DNA of 64,000 bases from the NCBI GenBank assembly GCA_030704615.1, contig CM060732.1, positions 52,018,001 through 52,082,000 on the forward strand, written 5' to 3'. Position numbers and translations under genes: made by a program. The notes beneath the pieces are model-generated. The model worked only from the letters and a program-made list of their open reading frames with translations. It searched no databases and was not told the origin of the DNA. Of the stretch, positions 24,400-38,345 are shown in pieces. The stretch comes from Takakia lepidozioides. Lineage: Eukaryota > Plantae > Bryophyta. Each line of letters opens with the position of its first letter. Positions within the stretch are counted from its first letter, which is position 1.

Positions 24400-27300
24400 A
24401 AACATCGGGCATCAAGCTTTCTGATTACGAAGCTACGGTCACGGCGGCTTTTGACAATATCAATGATAAAAGTTTGGTGAACAACAAGTCTGCACATAAA
24501 TTTGATGATGACAAAGATGTCATGATATCTATGCTGTTCGAAAAAGACGAAGACGAAGTGAGAGCCGAGGAGAGTAAAAGGAAGTCGGACCTGAACAAAG
24601 TGTCGTTCTTCGCATTGTTCTCGTTTGCAACCAAGTTGGATTTGGTGCTCATGTTTATTGGCACAATTGGAGCAGTGGGTAGGGGTGTGATGAATCCTAT
24701 TATGTTCGTTATTTTTGGAAATGTCTTTGGTTCTTTGAATAAACATGCAGATGATGAAAAGAGCACTAGGTTGCTTGGGCCTTGTTACTCCATTTCTTGG
24801 TGAGTAAACTTGTGGGCTGAATCTTCTGAGAAAGATTAACTATCGGTGAAGAGAATGCAGAATTATATCGATGGAGTCATGATAGCTCCATATAATATTT
24901 AGATGTTTTGTTGTTCAAGCTCCTCCATGATCTCATCAGTTGGGGTGCAGCAGACCACAAGACCATAGTATGAGCATACTAGCTATTAGACAACATTTGA
25001 TTGTATTGAATCGCCAAACCGAATTTTAAATAGTGGAATGACGGTAATTTGGTGATCCAAGAGACCTAACAGTTGGCGACTTTATATATTTTTCCCCTAA
25101 TAGTTGGTATCTAAAAGTTTCTTACAGTTCTAGATACTTCTAAAAATTTCATTACTAAGAGTTTTACTGTTTTGATGCTGCAGAGGTTGCTTGTTGGGTG
25201 CACACCAGCGAACGACAATGTGCCCGGCTACGCTCAAAGTTTCTTCAGGCGATTTTAAGACAAGAAGTTGGATACTTTGATACAGATGCCAACACAACCG
25301 AAATCCTGGGGAACATCGCCACTGATATCAACTTGGTGCAAGAAGCCATTGGAGAGAAGGTGCATTCTCTAGTACCCTACCATGGCCATCGGTCTTGGGT
25401 TGGAAGTAGTGGATCTGGAAAGAGCACTGTGGTGTCATTGATTGAACGCTTCTATGATCCCCTCAAAGTGTGTATAACATTATTTAGGTGATTAATGTTT
25501 GTCTTGAGGTAAACACTTGGCTATATAGGACTATATGAATTTCGTTCAATAACACCTCCATCTTCACGTCAATCTATCTACGTGAATGTGGAGTTGTGTT
25601 TTAAGTCTTCTTCTCGACTTATAAGTTGTACCCATTGGACTTAACATTGTGGGTTACGATCCATGTGCAGGAGAGGTGTTGGTAGATGGATATAACATCA
25701 AAAGATTGGACTTGAAGTGGCTACGTAGTCAGATCGGCTTTGTAGGACAGGAACCTGCGTTGTTTGCTACCAGCATTAGAGAGAACATTATGTATGGAAA
25801 AGCTAATGCAAGCCTTGAAGAAGCTGAGATGGCTGCAAAAGCTGCCAATGCACACGATTTCATTATGCAGCTACCCGACAAGTATGACACCCAGGTACAA
25901 ATTACTTGGCCCGGCAATATAAATCTTCCATCTAGAGTCGACTGAACTATCATTTCTTTAAGTTTTAAGAACAAAAAAATATTTATTCCATGTATGAAAG
26001 AGGGGTTTAACCCTGCATTGAGATCATCCAGTGACAAAATCCACTAATTACATACTTGATTATTTTGTGAGTAAGTCCACGAAATGACCTGAACATTCAA
26101 CAATTGTAGGTTGGAGAGAGGGGAGCTCAACTCTCAGGAGGGCAAAAACAACGTGTGGCCATTGCAAGGCTTTGCTGAAAAATCCAGCCATCCTACTTCT
26201 AGATGAAGCCACTAGTGCCCTCGATGCCCAGTCGGAGCAGATCGTTCAAGAGGCACTCGATGGATTGATGCTTGGCCGCACTACCATTATTGTTGCCCAC
26301 CGCCTCTCCACTATTCGCCATGCAAATACTATAGCGGTGGTGCACAAAGGCCAGATCGTGGAATCAGGCACACATGTAGAGCTCATGGCACAAGAAGCAG
26401 GTAGTAGCATGTACATTAGTCTAATTCGTAGATGACAAGGCCCCTGACCATATTGCATCCGTCACCCAAGATTCCAGGTACATTGACTGGTCAAACTAGT
26501 CTATTTTATAAGTCTTGTTCAAATGCTTTAATACTATTTTCTACAGTAACATTTTCACTTTTCAATAGGCTATATTTCTATCTACATCCTCGTCTCCATT
26601 TCAAGACATGCAGGACATCAAAATTTTCCTTCTTTATCATTCTGTTGTACATCATGGTTTTGGCCTCCTTCTATGTGAAGATGATGCACATGAAAGTCTA
26701 ACATGTAATGGGTTGTTTTTGCTATTTTGGGCTCCACATGCGTGACGATTGTTCCTGATATGCATGCAGAGGATTGAATCAGCAGAGATTTACCTCCCAA
26801 CCCAAGTATCGATCTAGTTCTGTTGCAAGTTCCCCTGTCCCAGACTCACGTCACTCACCTTCACCATACATATATGGTATGAGTTTCTCATCAACAGTCA
26901 TGGGCACAACATGGTCACCGGCTCATATGTTGGGATCTCCTGCATACACAGACAACATCTTCCCCTCGGGAAAAAGCTATCCTGGCAATTCAAGCCCGAT
27001 GGTTTTCGGAGAAGAGTATAAGCCAAACAGTGTTGACATGGCTGTGGCTCGTCAAACCTCCACGAGCAAACTTATGTACACAGAGCTGCAAAAACCACTG
27101 ACAACAACTTCGCCACTTCTCCGCATATTGAAATTAAGTTTGCGTAATTGGCCACAAGGTTTGCTTGGTGCCATGGGGGCAATATTGACCGGCGGTGCCA
27201 GACCATTGTACTCATACTTTATGATAAGAGTTGCAGTTGCATATGCCAAACCGGCAACTATGAACAAGATAGTCAACCATTTCTCGCTAGGTTTCGTGGG

Positions 27301-29587
27301 CATTGGGATTGCAGTCATATTCATAAGTACGGTGCAACACTATTTTATGGGAATCTTTGGCCAGAAAGTTACCAAGAGTGTGCGTGAGAAGATTTTTTCA
27401 GGTAAGACTTCAGGACTTCATGCCACATTCAAGTACATATTATATAATTTTTTTTTAGCTATAGAGATATCGGGTTTCCCTATACAATGTTTTCTGCATG
27501 GCAATGTAAGGAGTTAATAGACTGGTATTGAAGGGATTCATGTCGATACACATTCATATTGACAATGGGTTGTGGACACATCCATGACCAGTGGTTACGC
27601 GCAATGAAGTGGGGTGGTTTGATAAAGACGAGAACACCACTGCTGCCATCACCTCACGTCTGGCATCCGATGCAGCGCTCATCAAAATAGTCCTTAGCGA
27701 CCGTCTCGCATCGATTATTCAAGAGATGTCATCTTTAATTGTTGCACTTGCTCTCAGTTTGATTACGGCATGGCGAGTCGCACTAGTCACTTGTGCCATA
27801 CTGCCTCTTTATTTGCTTGGAGATTTTGGACAAGTACATATTCTTCTTGAACAAGATTATATATATGTTGTTTTCCTAAATTCATGAACCTTAGACTTGA
27901 GGGAACTGCGCTGGATTTTCTTTGAATTTTGCGATTAAATAGTCAAATTCTCTACCTCGTCAGATTCACCTATTAACTGCATTACTATCTCCCATCGTCC
28001 CTTTCTGAGATTAGTTATGAAGTTATCATCACAAGTTTTTTGTGGCGATCAAACGGCTTGTGTGTATGTATAGTGTGTCATCAACAACATACCTTCGAAG
28101 TTCGAACAATGGAGCGACACGACCCTTATTAACATTATCTTGTTTTGTCCTTGCAGATGATCAGAGCAATTGGGTATGCCCAAGAGCAAAGAAATGCCCA
28201 TGAAGAAGCTATCATAGTGGCATCGGAAGCTGTCACCAACATTCGCACTGTTGCCTCGTATGTCGCTGAGGATCGGATCCTTGCAACTCTAAGTGTGAAA
28301 TTGGAAGAACCTTTGCGTAAGAGCAAAATTGGAAGTATGAGAAATGGGGCCATGTTTGCAATTACAATGTTTGCCCTAAATATTGGTTGCGCAATAGGCT
28401 TTTGGTTCGTGGCAATTTCCATTAGACGCAATTACTCCGATTTCTTGCACAGCTTTAGAGCTTTCCACGTGCTTATTTATACCTCACTCTCCCTCACTGA
28501 GTTGGTCACCCTTATCCTTGCTTTGGTGAGAGTTGGGCAAGCTTTGAAGGCTGTATTTGCACTCATTGACCGTAACACAGAGATGGACCCAGATAGTGTG
28601 TATTCTGACAAGCTAGACTATATTGAAGGCCGCATTGAATTTCAAAATGTCGACTTCCAATATCCATCTCGGCCAGAGGTGATGGTTCTCCAAAAGTTCA
28701 ATTTGACAATTCAGCCTGGAAAAACTGTTGCCCTGGTGGGTGCTAGCGGCTCTGGAAAGTCGTCAACAATTGCACTTATAGAGAGGTTTTATGATCCTTC
28801 CTCTGGTACTATCTCCATCGATAGGAGAGATTTGAAAAGCTTAAATCTTAGATGGTTGAGGAAGCACATAGGCCTTGTCCAGCAGGAGCCAACACTTTTT
28901 GCAACAACCATCGGTGAAAATATCCTCTATGGGAATGAGCAAGCATCAGAAAGTGAAATGATCGACGCCGCCAAATCAGCAAATGCACATAGTTTCATAA
29001 GTGGCATGCCCAATGGCTACGATACAGAGGTGAGATATTGCCCGTTGTAGTTCATTGCTTTTAAAATTCAGTCTAACATTCAATTTCGTCTTCGAAGAGA
29101 TTTCGTGTACTAAGGAACTTTAATGTGTCACCTTCAAATTAGATTTCAAGTCAGGGCCAGGTCAGGGGTTATAATATCTAAAGCTGTAAATCATTCTCAT
29201 ACTGTGCATCGGATGTTTGGGGATCACACGCAGGTGGGTGAACGCGGCGTACAGCTCTCAGGCGGCCAGAAACAACGGGTTGCCATTGCACGAGCTATTC
29301 TCAAGAATCCCCCCATTCTGTTGCTTGATGAAGCCACAAGTGCACTTGATGCCGAGTCAGAACACATAGTGCAAGAGGCACTAGACCGCCTCGTGATGGG
29401 CAGCAAACGCACCACTGTGGTCGTCGCTCACCGCCTGTCCACAGTGCGGTCCGCCGACAAGATCGTATTTGTTGAAAAGGGGCACATTGTAGAGCAAGGC
29501 ACCCACACGGCTCTAATGCAACGTAGAAACGGGTCGTACGCTCGTTTGGTAGAAATGCAGCAACGCTCCAATCCTTCTTCTCGTTGA
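24400..29587 (+). pseudogene. Full-size ABCB (MDR/PGP) transporter, N-terminal half disrupted; start codon uncertain
   Basis: VSFFALFSFATKLDLVLMFIGTIGA and EVACWVHTSERQCARLR..VQEAIGEK, then Walker A GSSGSGKS almost immediately (most of TMD1 deleted). 1-nt frameshift at ~26170 after [16 protein letters not shown]2-NBD2 exons (~26770-27401, 27591-27833, 28158-29029, 29233-29587) are open, with GASGSGKS, LSGGQ and [11 protein letters not shown]. Confidence 0.88.
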
Positions 29588-30439
29588 TCCTTCCCATCTC
29601 CATCTTGATATACTCAAGTTTGAGGATGCAAATATGCAGGCGAGATGTACATTTTTCTCTTAGTTCACTGGACACCCAACTAGCCCACCTCCTCGTCCGT
29701 TGCATATGAAGGCACTCTGCAGTCCAAATTCATTGTTCTCATAGTGCCTCTGGCTGGTGTCTTGTGTTGGCCTAAATTTCTCCTAAAGTGGTTGCACCCG
29801 GGAGTTCATGGTGACAATTTATTTCAGGTCTTTCATACTAGGAAAGTAGGAAAGACGACAAGTAGTACTAAGTTAGTTTCACATACAATCATACAAGCAA
29901 TGTAAAAACCACAGACAAAGATAGGTTTCAAATTCATACTGGAGAGACACACTTGATCATTTGAGAGAGAGGGATATTGACTCAATGGCCTCAATGGCCT
30001 GGTCAAGTGCCTACGTAAAAAACACAAACCTCAACTTTAGTTCCTAACAAGTGCTAATCCTAATGTGTCCCACGTCCAACCCCTAGTTTCCTATAACCCA
30101 ATGTCATATTTTTGTATCTATGCAAATTCTTTGATCTGCAGATGTTTCTTGACGTATGTTCAATCTTACACATATGCTATATGTGCCCATAATATTTCAC
30201 AAAGTTTCATGGTATACATGTAAAGATCAAATTTTTGTTGGTGAGTTGTAACTTGGAATTTACCTGTTTGTTTCACCTCAAAAAGTTCATAACCCTATCA
30301 TTTTAGATTAATAGCATCTTAAAGTCGACCTATACTCATTGTGTTTGTACAAATATTGTAAAAATTGGGTCACATTAACCTCATTTAAGGTTTACAAACA
30401 AAACCAAGTTTTATTTTATTTATTATTTTTAAACAGAAA

Positions 30440-30850
30440 CATCTGAAAGAGCAATTGTTGGTTACTCAGATTGATCTTAATTATAATGAGAGCAGAAATA
30501 TGTTGGGCTCAAAAATCATCCTTTGTATGGTTCTTACGCTTCCCGCTAAGCAGACTGCAGTTCGACCCGGGTGAGTGGTCATGGATGGATGACAAGAAAA
30601 CACCATTGCTTGGCTATACAATTAAAACAGGATATAGAATGCTCCTTGGTGAGGCCAATTTTACAGCCAAGTGGAATCGTAATGGAATCTAGATCTGTAG
30701 GTCTTTGGCTGGAAATTTGTATGGAAAGATATCTGGGCCAAGCACCGCCCAACCATGATCAGTGTTTTTTTATGGAAGCTGGCGAACAAAATTCGCCCAG
30801 TGGCAGCCTCCTTCCCGGATCATGATACTACATGCCTTGTCGATAGGGAG
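30440..30850 (+). mobile_element. L1-type LINE 3' fragment (zf-RVT region)
   Basis: YTIKTGYRML...WKDIWAKHRPTMISVFLWKLANKIRPV across frameshifts. Confidence 0.65.
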
Positions 30851-31019
30851 GCAAATGATTTATCTGTATGTTGTGTCTCCGCACATGTGTCGCACACATG
30901 TTCAAGCACATGCGGGCAAAAAATGGGCTTCAACCACATCCGTTCAATGGGTGCAATAGCCGTGCACGCATTGCATGATTTATTTTTCGCAATGAACAAA
31001 AACCAGATGACAACTGAAC

Positions 31020-31410
31020 GCCTCATTGGCCCATCGACCGAATTTCGATTGATCTCATATTACACTGGGACCTATCAGAGGGTATATTGAACACACTGGC
31101 CAAGTCTCAAAGCGAACGAAAATCATTTGGATGGGCAACCATCCGTCGGCCCATTGAACGAATTTCGATTGATCTCATATTACTCTGGGGCCTCTTCCAT
31201 GGCACATTGAACATACTGGACAAGTCTCAAATTGAAAATCGTCTCGATGGCCAACCATCCGTTGAGCCATCGAATGAATTTCGATTGATCTGATATTAGT
31301 CCGGGACTTGTGAGAGAGTGTCTCGAACGTACTGGCAAAGTTTGGAAGCAAATAAAAATGATTTGGATGGGCAACCATCTGTTCACCCATTGAATGTATT
31401 CCGCTAGATC
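31020..31410 (+). repeat. ~120-bp tandem repeat (about 3 units), probably transposon subterminal
   Basis: GAATTTCGATTGATCT at ~31040, 31160, 31277; GATGG(G/C)CAACCATC recurs with the same period. Confidence 0.8.
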
Positions 31411-31699
31411 TGCTATTGCTTTGGGACCTGTTGGACTGTGTTTCGCGTGCTCACGATTTTTTTTTCATTCGGTTTTTGAATGGGGCGTGTAATGTAGCCA
31501 TATGCAACGTGCGTGCCAAATTTGGGAGCGAACATAATTCATTTGGACCCAAAACCACAGTTTCTTCCCTGTTTTGCACTCCAAACTTGATTTGTGTTCA
31601 ACTTCATGCACTATTCATAGAGAGTTCTGCAATAGTGAACGAAGACAACACTTTTTTTTTGGGGCATTTTTTATTGGTCCAAATTTTGGCGGGGGAGTA

Positions 31700-32720
31700 G
31701 TGGTGGGATGCTGGAAGCTGTAGAACAAAATTGAGCCAAAAACAAAATCGATACGTGCCAGAAACCCCCAATGAAAGGCAGTGCAAACCTGAGCACGTGG
31801 TGTTCATGAAGGACCTGAACACCAAAGGTAAGAAGAAGAGGCCGTGATCTCCGGAGATCCCTTTTACCATCAATGAAGGGGCTGCCGAGGAGAGAGAGAG
31901 AAGGGAGAGGGAGAAGGAGAGAGAGGAAATAGCGGGGAAGGGGAAGGAGATTGTCGTGGAGAAGGGGAAGGAAAATAAGAAGAAGAAGAAGAAGTCCCAT
32001 GGAGAGGAAGGGGTGAGTGTGCATGCGGGGGAGGGCAGTGGGGTAACAAAGGAGCAGGGGAATGAGGCTACAAAGAAGGGAGAGGGTGGGAAGAAGAACA
32101 TGGCCTTGGCGATACAGGACGTGTAGTATGAATCGCCATGGTGACCCCTGCGGTGCGTTCTGGCAGGCTATGAAGAAGCCAGCCTTTGAACTTGCATTGA
32201 GGTGGTTCCCTTTGCACATCGAGTGGGCTGATCAGCACTTTGGCGCGAAGTGGGCGTATGCTCGTGAGTTAGACCGTCGGTTTCGGGGCAATTGGAGTGA
32301 CACAAGGGTGATGGAGATGGTGGGGCGAAACTTGAAGGACAGGAGGTACCGTGCCAGACAGATCATCCGGAGGGCAATGGAAAATGGGGCCATACCCAAA
32401 CCACCTTATGGAATTACACAGGTTGGCAAATCCTGAATCATGTCACCTTCCATTTGTCGCATGTGCATTAATGAGGTGGATTCAATGCAACGTATGTGTG
32501 TAATTCGCTAATTGTTGGGGAGGGGGGTGCATAGGTATCGTGGGATGCACTCATTGCGGGAGAGACTGATGCCGCAAACAAGGCCAAATTTGACCAGACA
32601 CGCGAAACAACAACAGTCCGCCTTGACAAGCACGAATCCACACCCCCCCCTTTTCCTGTAGTGCAAAGCTTTGCCGCGAGATAAGTTTGAGAGGCTTCGG
32701 GGACTACTTGGTATGACCGC
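31700..32720 (+). mobile_element. CACTA/EnSpm TnpA-like coding remnant
   Basis: K/E-rich N-part, then MNRHGDPCG...EWADQ...RELDRRF...GRNLKDRRYRAR..KPPYGITQ..WDALI, resembling Ptta/TnpA proteins; adjacent subterminal-type repeats. Confidence 0.5.
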
Positions 32721-33049
32721 TGCAAACTAGCTGAATGAATCAATGTCTCTACGAGTGGGGGTTTAGGTAGTATTTCACTACGGTAAATACAAACGCATCG
32801 ACATTGACTGCAACGAGCGGGAAGCGCCGGCGGCAAGTGCATCATCAATTAGACATGTGGAACTTAGCTGTGTAGTATGGCATCTTCCATGCATACAAAT
32901 GATAGCACAAGCTTTTCTAGCATAGTTATAGCCAGCTCCTTACAAGTCCCGCTCTCTTTTTTTTTGTTGGCATGTAACGTTGCAGGTCCTACTCAAGGCA
33001 AGAAGGGCCGTGCTTGTTATGCATGTAGCTGTTATACCCAATTTTACTA

Positions 33050-35060
33050 TTAAAATACAAGCTCTCGTTTGCATAGTTCAGCTTGTGTATGGTGATCAGT
33101 AGTTCTTGTTGATGTCATGAAGCTACAGTAATTCCTTCACACCTTACTTCCTCCCCTTGCTGCAAGGGCAGAACGATCCATTCTCCCCGCGACGCATGCT
33201 TTACAGCTCAGACCAAACAACATTAGGTCTGAATGGGTAGGATCACATAGAAAGGGAAGAGGGAGACACATGGCGCATGAGAGGAAGCTTTCGAATTCCA
33301 TCCAAGTAAAACTGCATACTCAGACCCATAATGGCCCCCCACCACGTTCGCTATAGCCACAATCTTTGTGTTCTCCCCTCTTCCTCTCTCTCGAGCTTAC
33401 TTGCACTCTTGGGTTTGTGAAGCGACTGTTCTACCCCTGGAATATTGGACCTTCCTTTGATGGGTGCCACTCACGCATCCCCAAGCCAAGCCCTGCTGGT
33501 CACTCCTGTTCATAATGGTGATGCTTTTGGGCTCAGTTTTTAGGTGGACAGATCTGTCAATCTGTCCTTCAACGGAAGGGGCTCTCTGTAGCTTGAGACT
33601 TTGGTCCCAATCCGTGTTATTGACGACCAAGGCAGGCCGAATCCACTCCCCCAGCCAGGGCATGATGACAACTGGGCTCTTCATTCTTAACTCATCCCCT
33701 GGCAGGCCTTCAGTTCGATCCAGGAGAATGGATATGGATGGATTCTAAAAAAATCCATTTTTTTTTGCTTATTCTGTGAAACTTGGGTACTCTTTCAGAT
33801 GGCCAAAGCAGTCCTGGAAAGACAAGTGGGGGAACATCACTCGGGGCCAAGGTTCTGGCATGACATCTGGAGGAAAGATAGATCTGCAAAAATTTATGCC
33901 TTCTTGTGGAAAATTGCGCATATAATTCTGCCTGTCAAGATGGCCATAGACAAGGACGTAATCCTCTCTGCCCTGTCTGCTTAGTCTTGCTTGAATCCTT
34001 GGAACATTGCTTGCATTGCCAGGGTCCTAGGATTATTTGGGCAAGAGTTTTGTGGTTGTACTCGAATTGGCAAAGACTGACTGCCTTTCTTGCTACCACC
34101 CTCCCATTGCTGAACTATCTGGAAGATAATGCCTTCATTAACTGCCCGGTGTGGGCTTGTCTGAGGGCCGGCTCACACCCTATGGAATCTCTGGAGGGGG
34201 GAAAAGATCTAGTTCTCTGTCTGTGCAGCTCTTCCCCAAGCTTCAGATCAACACAGGGGTCAATTGCTCAAGGACTTGGATATCTTTTAGGGCAAGAGCG
34301 GCTTGCTCTGCACCCGCACTTCCAACTCGCATGTGCAATGGAAGACCCATCCCCGCGCAATCGGAAATCCCCAGGAGGAGGGTGACTTCAATTGGCGACA
34401 CAAACGAGCTAGGGATCAGAAATTCAAGATGCAACTAAAGTTCTGATTTAGCATGGTCTCACTTTTTTCAAATCTGCTTTTGTCTGGCATGTTTACTCCA
34501 GTCGTGTAGGAGTAGATTCATCTTAGATAGAATCTGCTTAGTGACTGCCTTAACGCAGGGGTCAATTGCTCAAGGACTTCGATATCTCCTGGGGCAAGAG
34601 TGGCTTGCTCTGCATCTACACTTCCAACTCGCATGTGCAATGGAAAGACACCATCCCCGCGCAATGGGAAATCCCCAATGGGGGAGAGGAAGAGCGTGAC
34701 TTCAATTGGCAACACAAATGAGCAAATTCAAGATGTAGCTAAGGTTCCGATTTAGCATGGACTCACTTTTTTCGAATCTGCTTTTGTCTGGCATGTTTAC
34801 TCCAGTCTTGTAGGAGTAGATTCATTTCAGATAGAATCTGCTTAGTGACTTTCTTTTCTCCTCCCCATACACCTTCACTTCTTCGCTTTTCTTCTAATCT
34901 TATGCTCCCACTCTAGATAACTATGTATTTGGGAAGTTTCCCACTACGCGTTTTGCTTGTTTTGAGTTCTTGGTCACGGGGTAATTTTCCACCTGCTATA
35001 AAGTTAGTCGAGGCCCTGACCGTTCCTCATTCTTAAAAAGAAAGAAAAAAGAAAAAAGTA
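33050..35060 (+). mobile_element. L1-type LINE 3' remnant with zf-RVT, a ~300-bp tandem duplication (34250-34850) and an A-rich tail
   Basis: FWHDIWRKDRSAKIYAFLWKIAHIILPV..LCPVCLVLLESLEHCLHC; A-rich tail at 35036-35058. Confidence 0.7.
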
Positions 35061-36530
35061 ATACTAGAGCACGTTCACCAAAAATATAAATCTAAATACA
35101 ATTTGTTTTTCCCCTTCCTGGGCAGCTTAAGAAATACTGACAATGACGGTTTTCAGGAATCAGTTTTTTTTTTTGTTTCTTTTTACTTTGATTCTGGGAA
35201 ATCTGGGCAGATTCAAAATATTGACGATGGAACTAGGCACTCCCAGGTCCTTTCAGGGTGGTCTCGACGACCAGGAAATAAATTTGGTGTGTAGTTTATG
35301 GCCTATGTAGTTGGAGCCTATTGCCCTACTATAATCCAGGCAGCTTAAAAAATATGCATTGTGGCCTACGAAAACGTGGTGAGGAAGAGTTTCAAACAAA
35401 ATTACGTTGCTGATGTGGCCTATGAAAGTGGCAACAATTACGTGGCACTGACACCTCATACCTGCTTTACACTAAAACTACTCTCGGACTTTCAATCGTC
35501 ACTAGAGCTAGGGCTTTGCGTTGTGCGCACTACCAGTGTCGACTTTGGAGAATGCTGTCTAAGAACATGTACTCTGGAACGACCCCCGACAGATTGTGTT
35601 CCGCCCTCAAAGCATGGACAAGGCCTCCAATAATATTGACGACGAGCCTTCTTTGGTCGCTGTTCGTAGCAGGTAGCAGAAGCGTTGCACACTGCAGCTT
35701 ACGAGAGACTTTGCGTGAAAAATATATCGAAAGCTCGCACATTTGCGTGTTGCTGATTGAAACACGTTGATATGTTGACAGCTAATATTTCAAAGGATGC
35801 TTTTGCAGTAAGAATGCAGCATAAGAATATGATTAGACTTAGCAGTTTTTTGAAAGGTGCAAAAAACTCGGGAAAGTAAATCTGCCTACTCATCATAACA
35901 ACAGCATCAAGACACATACCTCAAATGTTAGTAAGATTTAAGTCGATGGTAATTGTTTCCAATGCAATTTGAATTATGTAGGCTACATGTATGCAGCTCA
36001 GTTCACTAACACATTTTTAACTGTTGTCTATTGTCGTGTGCACATAGAGATCGACAAACACGACTAAGAGAATCAGACCCTGTTACATTTTAACTATTGT
36101 CTATTGTCGAGTGCACATAGAAATTGACACACGGGACTAAGAGATACAAACCCTGTCACATTTGCAAGCAAGGATTGACTCAACAGAATGCCCAGCCAAA
36201 ACTATGCAGCTTTGATACTCCAAAAAATCCTTTTTTCATAAATCAGGAAAACACAGGTCCAGCTTTTCCAGCAGTGGAGGACAACCCATGCGCGGGCTTA
36301 CAAATTAAGTGAGTAAATCATGCCTCTCAGTTTCAACTATGGAATGTCCTTTGAGGACACACCGTGCGCGGGCTTATACACTTGAAATCACTAAAACTAC
36401 ATCGTTGTAAGAACCACCTTGATATAGCTTTCCTTACAACCGTGAAAATTGAGCTTCGAGAGTTGAGTCTGCTATAAATCCCATTGACACATCCGATCGT
36501 TTTGCTACATCTTTGAAGTTTGTACTGGAC

Positions 36531-37702
36531 TTAGTTCGAGATGCGGTTCGCAGTTTTCTCCGTATCTTTCTTCAAATCGTCAGCACCTTCCTTTGCTGAT
36601 GAAGCTACACTCTCTGCTTTCGATTGGGCCGATGAGCCAAGATCTTGTGCCTTGGATTCCAAATCCTCCCCAGCACTCTGTGCGGCATTCGATGTTTTGT
36701 TGAAGCTTTTCTTTAATGAACCTTCAGCATCCCCAGCAACGTCTTTTGCCTTATCCTGCACGAGAAATAAAAACATACAAAGACAATTAGTACTCTCGTT
36801 AGGGTTAATCATCAACATCATAGCACATCAAGGATAGCGAACTAAAACCATTTTAGTAACTTCTCTCGGTTTCAGAAACAAAGACATCTTCCAGAACCAC
36901 GAGTTGTACGTTGCTCTTCCACAGCCTCAAATGGATCACAAAACGTCCAACCTAAATTATCTTCGGAATGCAAGGCGCAATCTCGTAAACGAGACATGAA
37001 TTTCATTCGCCTGCACTAATTTTTCCGTTCGGGTTAAATTGTAGCTGGTCATTTCCTAACATTCGTTTTCCAATCATAAAAACCAGGATACGAAACTTCC
37101 CATCCAATGAAACAATCAAAAGACTTCCAGAAGGTCCAGATTAACTCCGAGTGGACTTTAAGGTCCAGGCGATAGCAATTTTCCGGATACGCTAAGCACA
37201 AGCAAACAGGGGCAGCTCTTACCGTGAGCCCCTCAGTTTCGCTGCCAGCTTTGTTGGCGGTTCCCTGGGCCTGATTTTTGATGTCCTTTCCAGCACTGGA
37301 GGCCTTGTCTCCCAAAGACTCAGCGTTAGATTTGCCGCTTTCAGCCACGTCCTCTGCCTTTCCCTGCAGATCGCGTGAAACACTCTGGACGGTATCCTTA
37401 GCCTGCTCAGCTTTGCCAGACACAAAGCCACCCGCCTCCTTCACCTTATCAGTCACCTTCGAGGCGGCTTGTTTGACGCTGTCGGTCACACCACCTTCGT
37501 CAGCACGGACCACCACTAGATGGCGCACTGCAGGCCTGATCCGAGACGAGCTCTGGGGTACAGAGAAGCGCAACCCTCCAAGGCAAGAGGCTGCACCTAA
37601 CCTCACATTGGTGCTAGAAGCTCCCAACGACGATCGCACACCGGTCACACTAGAGCTGCTGGCCTGCACTGCCAATGCGTTCATGCTCGTCATGGTGGCC
37701 AT
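36531..37702 (-). CDS. Plastid-targeted LEA (group 3/LEA_4-like) protein, 2 exons, ~234 aa
   Basis: Exon 37702-37223 has an S/R-rich transit peptide ending VVVRA, then A/K/D/E/S/Q-rich repeats; GT-AG intron; exon 36755-36531 ends TANRISN*. Confidence 0.85.
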
Positions 37703-37879
37703 CTCAATTTCTACTGAGTAATGAAAACGGAAGCTTCACCGCACAGAAAGGAATAGAAAACACTGTAAAAATCTCGTCTTGGACGCTAGAAGATTGCTGC
37801 AGACAAGTGGAACGGAGACGAGATACAGATGTAACGAGCTTCGCAAAGCACAGTTGTGAGTAAGAAATGCAGAATGCGC

Positions 37880-38345
37880 AGGGCTTATAAGCGAAGGGGA
37901 GAGAGACAGAGACGATAGATCGACGGCCTCCACCGCTGATGCGCCACCACGTGGCCGTGAGCCATCAACGCATGGATGAGTCCCGCAGCCCACATCACCC
38001 ATGCCATCATTCAGGGGTCTGGTTGGCCGCCACGTGGTAGGACCCGATGTAGGGTGCGAGGCCCATGCCTCCTGAGATTTTCCCACGTGGTGCACAGTAG
38101 AGTGTGGGCTAATCGCGTAAGGCTACGTGGGGTCGCAGGTGCATGCATTGGCTCACCCGCTCTACCCACTACCCGCCGGCCACGGCCTACCGGCGGTCGC
38201 ACTCCACCTTCCTTTGGGCGAGGCTCCGCAGAAAACCGGTGACCGCCGGCTAGCGCAGCCGGGACGACGGAGGAAACCTGTAAATCCCAGTGCGGAGAGG
38301 CTCCACGTAGGCGTGCGTGGGATACGCACTTTTATCTGTACGTGA
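37880..38345 (-). promoter_or_regulatory. ABA/dehydration-type promoter: TATA plus clustered G-box/ABRE and an RY motif
   Basis: TTATAA at ~37885; CACGTG at 37948, 38031, 38084; further ACGT cores at ~38125, 38305, 38340; CATGCA at ~38142. Confidence 0.7.

Noticed and set aside
31020-31410. CRISPR-like array
   Set aside because: Eukaryotic context; whole units are homologous rather than repeat plus unique spacer; no cas genes.
36010-36165. ~76-bp tandem duplication downstream of the LEA gene
   Set aside because: Real but an ordinary local duplication with no evident function.
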